Shown piece by piece: positions 43,168 through 46,905 of a stretch of 46,905 bases of DNA (position 1 is the first letter of the stretch; every line of letters starts with the position of its first letter). Source of the stretch: a virus. Its lineage: Duplodnaviria; Caudoviricetes. The stretch spans positions 1 to 46,905 of the IMG/VR virus record IMGVR_UViG_3300017655_000268; one strand, written 5' to 3'. Under the pieces are notes generated by a model. The model was not told where the DNA came from, did no database searches, and saw nothing but the letters and a program-made list of their open reading frames with translations. The translations under genes were made by a program, and so were the position numbers.

Positions 43168-45654
43168 ATGTTACAACCACAATTCAATAAATACCCGAAA
43201 CCGACTGATTGGAATAGCTTGATTCTTTTGACCCAGCAAGCATTTGAAAATGGGTTTCGAGGCACCACGGTCAAAGAACTGATAAACTTTATCGTCGAGT
43301 TTCTGCCAGAAAGACTTGCACAGTTTCAGATCGTAGACATTGCGCCTGGTGATTCACCTGTGGCGGCGGATGATGTGACAAGAACTTACCAGCCGACGGA
43401 CAGTGGTACATATACCAATTTTTTGGATAATAACAGCGATCCATTGGAAGTAGATTTGACCGATGGTTTTGTGACGATTACGGGTAACACGCAGAGTGGT
43501 TTTAAAACGGTGATAAGTCCTATTGACTTGGCTGGGTATGCTACGAAGGAAGACGTGGTCGGAATTCAAGATCAACTAATCCCGTTGGTTCAGACCATAG
43601 GCGCCGATTCGCCGGATGGCGGCACTCCTTTGTCGCCAAACTACACGAGGATAATGCTTACACCGGTCGATAACGACGGCACAATAAAGAAGGTATCTTT
43701 CAATTATTCATCCGGCAGCACCAACACCTTATCGATTAAGATTTTCAACAAAACGTCTGTCGGTACCCCCGGCCCTGGAGCAACATTCGAGCAGGATGGA
43801 GATGATACCCATATCACGCCTGTTTCTGGATTGAACAGCCATGAAGTCAGCATCGCTGTGCAAGAAGGCCAGTATATTGGCTTCTTCTGCTATAGTGGAA
43901 TCACCTCCACGGAAGCAAGTGGATTGTTTGGCAGCCCGCAGGCCACCGGTAGTCTCGACGAAGTGACGCTTCAATTCGTATATAGTGATCGGGATATTCA
44001 GATCCGGTTTGACCTTTTTGACGAAACCACAACCAGATTGGACGTTATCGAGCAGGAGCTGGCAGATATTGTTCCCGGATCGATAGCGGTGGTGCCGGAC
44101 GTACCACAATTACCAGCACCTGTATACGGAAGAAGCGCGATTATCCCTGTATTCAACAAAGGAGCGGCGTGGAGCGATGGAAAAGTGTGGCGGTGGTACC
44201 GTGATAACCAGCCAGTAGAATTCAGCTGGAACCACGTGCTTGGCCTTGCACAGCAGGACGGTTGGAAGGCGGTCTTCGGGGTTGACAACCCATACAGGGT
44301 GATAGCGGCGGATTCTGATGTGCAGACGATAGAAGACGGGCTAGACACATTTCCTGATGCGGCGTATGAAACGGCAGCTCCTGGGTTGGTTACATTCATC
44401 AATGACGGGCCATTGTCTGCCGAATTCACGGGAACGGAAAAGCTGCTATCGGCATCAGTTTCATCGAGGAACGCGCCTTTATATATTGTGGCGGTTTACA
44501 GCTACGATGAGGCATTGACCGGTTCGGAGGCATCGTTCCTATTTGACGGCAGGACAGCCAACGAACGCGCTGCCATTCATGCGACAAATGGAAATCTACG
44601 TGTATTCAGCGCGTCGGATACAATAGTGGCGCCACTTGATAATCTACCGCACATAACGGGATTTGAAATGAACGGATCCGTGTCGGGACGGATATACCAT
44701 GATTCGGTCTTTGCCGATACGCACCTTTCAAAGACCGAATTCACGTTCGGTAGGTTCGGAGCGGACTATCAGGGTTCGCGGGGATGGAAAGGAAAGCTGG
44801 CGGTGCTCCTTGTTTATGAAGGCGCTATCACCGCCGATAAAATACACAGGATGAACCGCGTGCTGTCGGATTATTATGGCGTTGCGCGTGGCGCTCGGAC
44901 GATATCGGCGGACGCCTATTCCACAATGAGGCTCTCCGATAAATCGGTTTCAGGCCACAACGGCAGCACGGTCTACAACATCGCGTCGATTACCAAACTG
45001 ATGACTCTCACTGTGGCATCGGGATACATCGCGGATTACGCTGGTCAAGTAACGGTTCAGGAATCCGATGTGACCAGCCCGGGAATCGATGACTTTGTGC
45101 AGGAGGGTGACGTGGTCACCTTCGGGGATCTATTTGCCTCTGCACTGATCGTCAGCGATAATAACGCGCCGATAGCCATCGCGCGTGAGATAGGTTACAT
45201 TATCAACCCGTCGGCTACGGACGACGATGTAGCCAAAGAAGCTTTCATCTCAGCGATGAATGATAAGGCCACCGCCCTAGGCATGGATAATACTGCGTAC
45301 ACTCTCCCATGGACAAATGGAATGTCGACGGCAAATGACCAACTGCATTTGCTCGCACATATCCAGGCAATCATCCCTTCAATAACTTCTAGGTGGGGAC
45401 TTATAGATTACGAAATGGTGGTGACGGGCGCCAATGCAAGGACATACATGATTAATAATGCCGTTGGGCCTAATACCCGTGGCCTGCTGCCGGAATTTCT
45501 TGGCGGTAAGACAGGAACTGTTGACAATAGGGGGTCTTTTGCGTTCGTATGGTCATCTGAATCGGGTATGAACGCGACGGTGGTTTTAAGATCCAACCCA
45601 TCTACCGAAAGATATATTGATTCTCGCCTGATTACAGACTCATATCTCGGATAA
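43168..45654 (+). CDS. Tail fibre / receptor-binding protein with LamG-like middle region and C-terminal peptidase S11 (PBP-like) domain
   Basis: SxxK 'IASITKLMT', SxN 'SDN', KTG 'GGKTGT'; no signal peptide; last tail gene. Confidence 0.75.
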   Translation: MLQPQFNKYPKPTDWNSLILLTQQAFENGFRGTTVKELINFIVEFLPERLAQFQIVDIAPGDSPVAADDVTRTYQPTDSGTYTNFLDNNSDPLEVDLTDGFVTITGNTQSGFKTVISPIDLAGYATKEDVVGIQDQLIPLVQTIGADSPDGGTPLSPNYTRIMLTPVDNDGTIKKVSFNYSSGSTNTLSIKIFNKTSVGTPGPGATFEQDGDDTHITPVSGLNSHEVSIAVQEGQYIGFFCYSGITSTEASGLFGSPQATGSLDEVTLQFVYSDRDIQIRFDLFDETTTRLDVIEQELADIVPGSIAVVPDVPQLPAPVYGRSAIIPVFNKGAAWSDGKVWRWYRDNQPVEFSWNHVLGLAQQDGWKAVFGVDNPYRVIAADSDVQTIEDGLDTFPDAAYETAAPGLVTFINDGPLSAEFTGTEKLLSASVSSRNAPLYIVAVYSYDEALTGSEASFLFDGRTANERAAIHATNGNLRVFSASDTIVAPLDNLPHITGFEMNGSVSGRIYHDSVFADTHLSKTEFTFGRFGADYQGSRGWKGKLAVLLVYEGAITADKIHRMNRVLSDYYGVARGARTISADAYSTMRLSDKSVSGHNGSTVYNIASITKLMTLTVASGYIADYAGQVTVQESDVTSPGIDDFVQEGDVVTFGDLFASALIVSDNNAPIAIAREIGYIINPSATDDDVAKEAFISAMNDKATALGMDNTAYTLPWTNGMSTANDQLHLLAHIQAIIPSITSRWGLIDYEMVVTGANARTYMINNAVGPNTRGLLPEFLGGKTGTVDNRGSFAFVWSSESGMNATVVLRSNPSTERYIDSRLITDSYLG

Positions 45655-45657
45655 AGC

Positions 45658-46905
45658 TTACCCTATTTTCCTTACTCTCCCCCTACCGGACACATCCTCA
45701 AATCCTTCCTCCAACTTCATCACCTGGGTGAGATTATAATCATCATCCAGGTGAGCATAACGTTCCGTGGTCGTCAACTTCGAATGACCCATTATCCGCT
45801 TCAACCCCTCAATATTGCCGACCGTCGTCATATACAGAAACCCGAACGTATGCCGACCGACGTGGCTCGTTAGATTCTTACGTATTTCCGCCTTCGCCGC
45901 CAGTTCTTTCAACGTCCGGTTATACTCCTGTTCAGTAGGCAACTCAAAAAAAGTTTGCCTAGCCTCTTTAATCAAAGATTTTGCAATTGAGTTCAACGGT
46001 ATCTTCACGGCCTTGGGCTTCCGTTCCCGATTCTTATGTTGGGTAAACACCAGCATGTTATCAGTAACCAACCATTCCGCGTTAGCCCGGTACAGATCGC
46101 TTACCCGCAAGCTCGTAAAGCAAGTAAACAAAAACGCACGAAGAACCTGTGTTTGGGTGCCTGTCAGATTGCCCGCTCGAAGCAATATCATCAACCGCTT
46201 TATTTCGTCACGATTGCAATAAACAGTTAACGAATCTACCTTTTGGTTTGAGAAATTGATGGCTTTAGGATTCACGGATATCGTTGCTTCTTGGTCTGCA
46301 AGCCGTAGGTATGCTTTCAAGTCCTTTATCCGCGTCCATATCGAGCTCATCCGTAAGCCGGTCTTTTTTAAATGCTGCCGAAACCGTTTCATCCACGCCT
46401 CGTCAATCTCATCAAACCGTATCAATTCCTGAAACTCGATCAATGCCTTTATCGTACATTTGGTGTTCTTCCACGTTTGCTTTTGGATTTCGCCTTGCGC
46501 ATACCGTTCATTATTCCGTTCCTGCATAAACTTCGCCAGCGATACCCTACTGTCGTTGTATTTGAGTTCACGCCGGAACGATTTCAAGTCGAGCACACGA
46601 TTGGCCAGCCGGAACATTTTGGCAACTTCATTGTATTGCCCCCTCCTATCCATGATGATCATGTTATAATCATTTGCGTCCGGGTCGCTTCGATGTCGGG
46701 GCAACAGCAACCCGGCATCGCGGTCCACCCTATCGGCCGGCCACCGTAGAGACAAGGGGAACCGGCCCTGCTCATAGCGCCTGTCCACCGCGATATACAC
46801 CTCGATGTACAGCGAAACGTAGCCATCCTTTTTTGAGATTGCATGCTTGTTAAAAAACAAGCGCGTCGAGAAATTGAACATTTGGGAATCAACAACGTCA
46901 AACAT
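45658..46905 (-). CDS. int: Tyrosine recombinase / phage integrase
   Basis: 'TSLRVSDL' (R), 'SHVGRHTF' (H..R), 'MGHS...TERYAH' (H, Y); N-terminal arm-binding-like region. Confidence 0.95.
   Translation of the reverse strand: MFDVVDSQMFNFSTRLFFNKHAISKKDGYVSLYIEVYIAVDRRYEQGRFPLSLRWPADRVDRDAGLLLPRHRSDPDANDYNMIIMDRRGQYNEVAKMFRLANRVLDLKSFRRELKYNDSRVSLAKFMQERNNERYAQGEIQKQTWKNTKCTIKALIEFQELIRFDEIDEAWMKRFRQHLKKTGLRMSSIWTRIKDLKAYLRLADQEATISVNPKAINFSNQKVDSLTVYCNRDEIKRLMILLRAGNLTGTQTQVLRAFLFTCFTSLRVSDLYRANAEWLVTDNMLVFTQHKNRERKPKAVKIPLNSIAKSLIKEARQTFFELPTEQEYNRTLKELAAKAEIRKNLTSHVGRHTFGFLYMTTVGNIEGLKRIMGHSKLTTTERYAHLDDDYNLTQVMKLEEGFEDVSGRGRVRKIG

Larger units (their letters stand above)
1..46905. mobile_element. 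Temperate siphovirus-like prophage (Bacteroidota host), near-complete; att sites not visible in the window
   Basis: Repressor/Cro switch, replication, terminase, portal, capsid, tape measure, lysis and integrase genes in one contiguous, mostly + strand block. Confidence 0.95.

Noticed and set aside
39126-45654. Additional remote VR in the tail genes
   Set aside because: I found no match to the TR anchors (TTCGGCCCGCGG, GTCGCGTCCC) by eye; a BLASTN-short search would be definitive
44900-45654. Beta-lactamase resistance gene
   Set aside because: The domain is fused to a tail protein, has no signal peptide, and its motifs fit peptidase S11
1-46905. attL/attR core repeats, tRNA genes, tail-chaperone frameshift site
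   Set aside because: The window starts and ends exactly at gene boundaries, so att sites probably lie outside it; no convincing tRNA or slippery-site gene pair was seen

Overview
The window is an essentially complete temperate siphovirus-like prophage of a Bacteroidota host. The host assignment is inferred from TAnnTTTG -7 promoter boxes, A-rich starts without Shine-Dalgarno sequences and the gene families present. Left to right it holds: a lipoprotein and a divergent repressor/Cro switch with a TGTTGCA operator array; early genes; a diversity-generating retroelement (DGR); a primase-helicase; three DNA-modification genes; an inserted SRAP cassette; an AT-rich repeat region (candidate origin); and the late genes. 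The DGR has a target gene with two variable repeats, a template repeat closed by inverted repeats, a reverse transcriptase, an overlapping 100-aa ORF and no recognisable Avd. The late genes are an S49 protease, capsid, tail tube, a Stealth-like transferase, endolysin, a Tad2-like protein, terminase, portal, tail genes, tape measure, lysis genes and a tail protein with a PBP/peptidase-S11 domain, followed by a tyrosine integrase. The most notable observations are: (1) the Avd-less DGR diversifies two domains of an apparently non-structural early protein; (2) capsid and tail-tube proteins both end in Ser/Gly-rich '...SGV' tails directly upstream of a Stealth-family phosphoglycosyltransferase-like gene, suggesting a virion (phospho)glycosylation system; (3) a GTCCTTTC-N19-(-7 box) late promoter occurs five times. 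All protein-family calls come from motif recognition by eye; no database searches were run.
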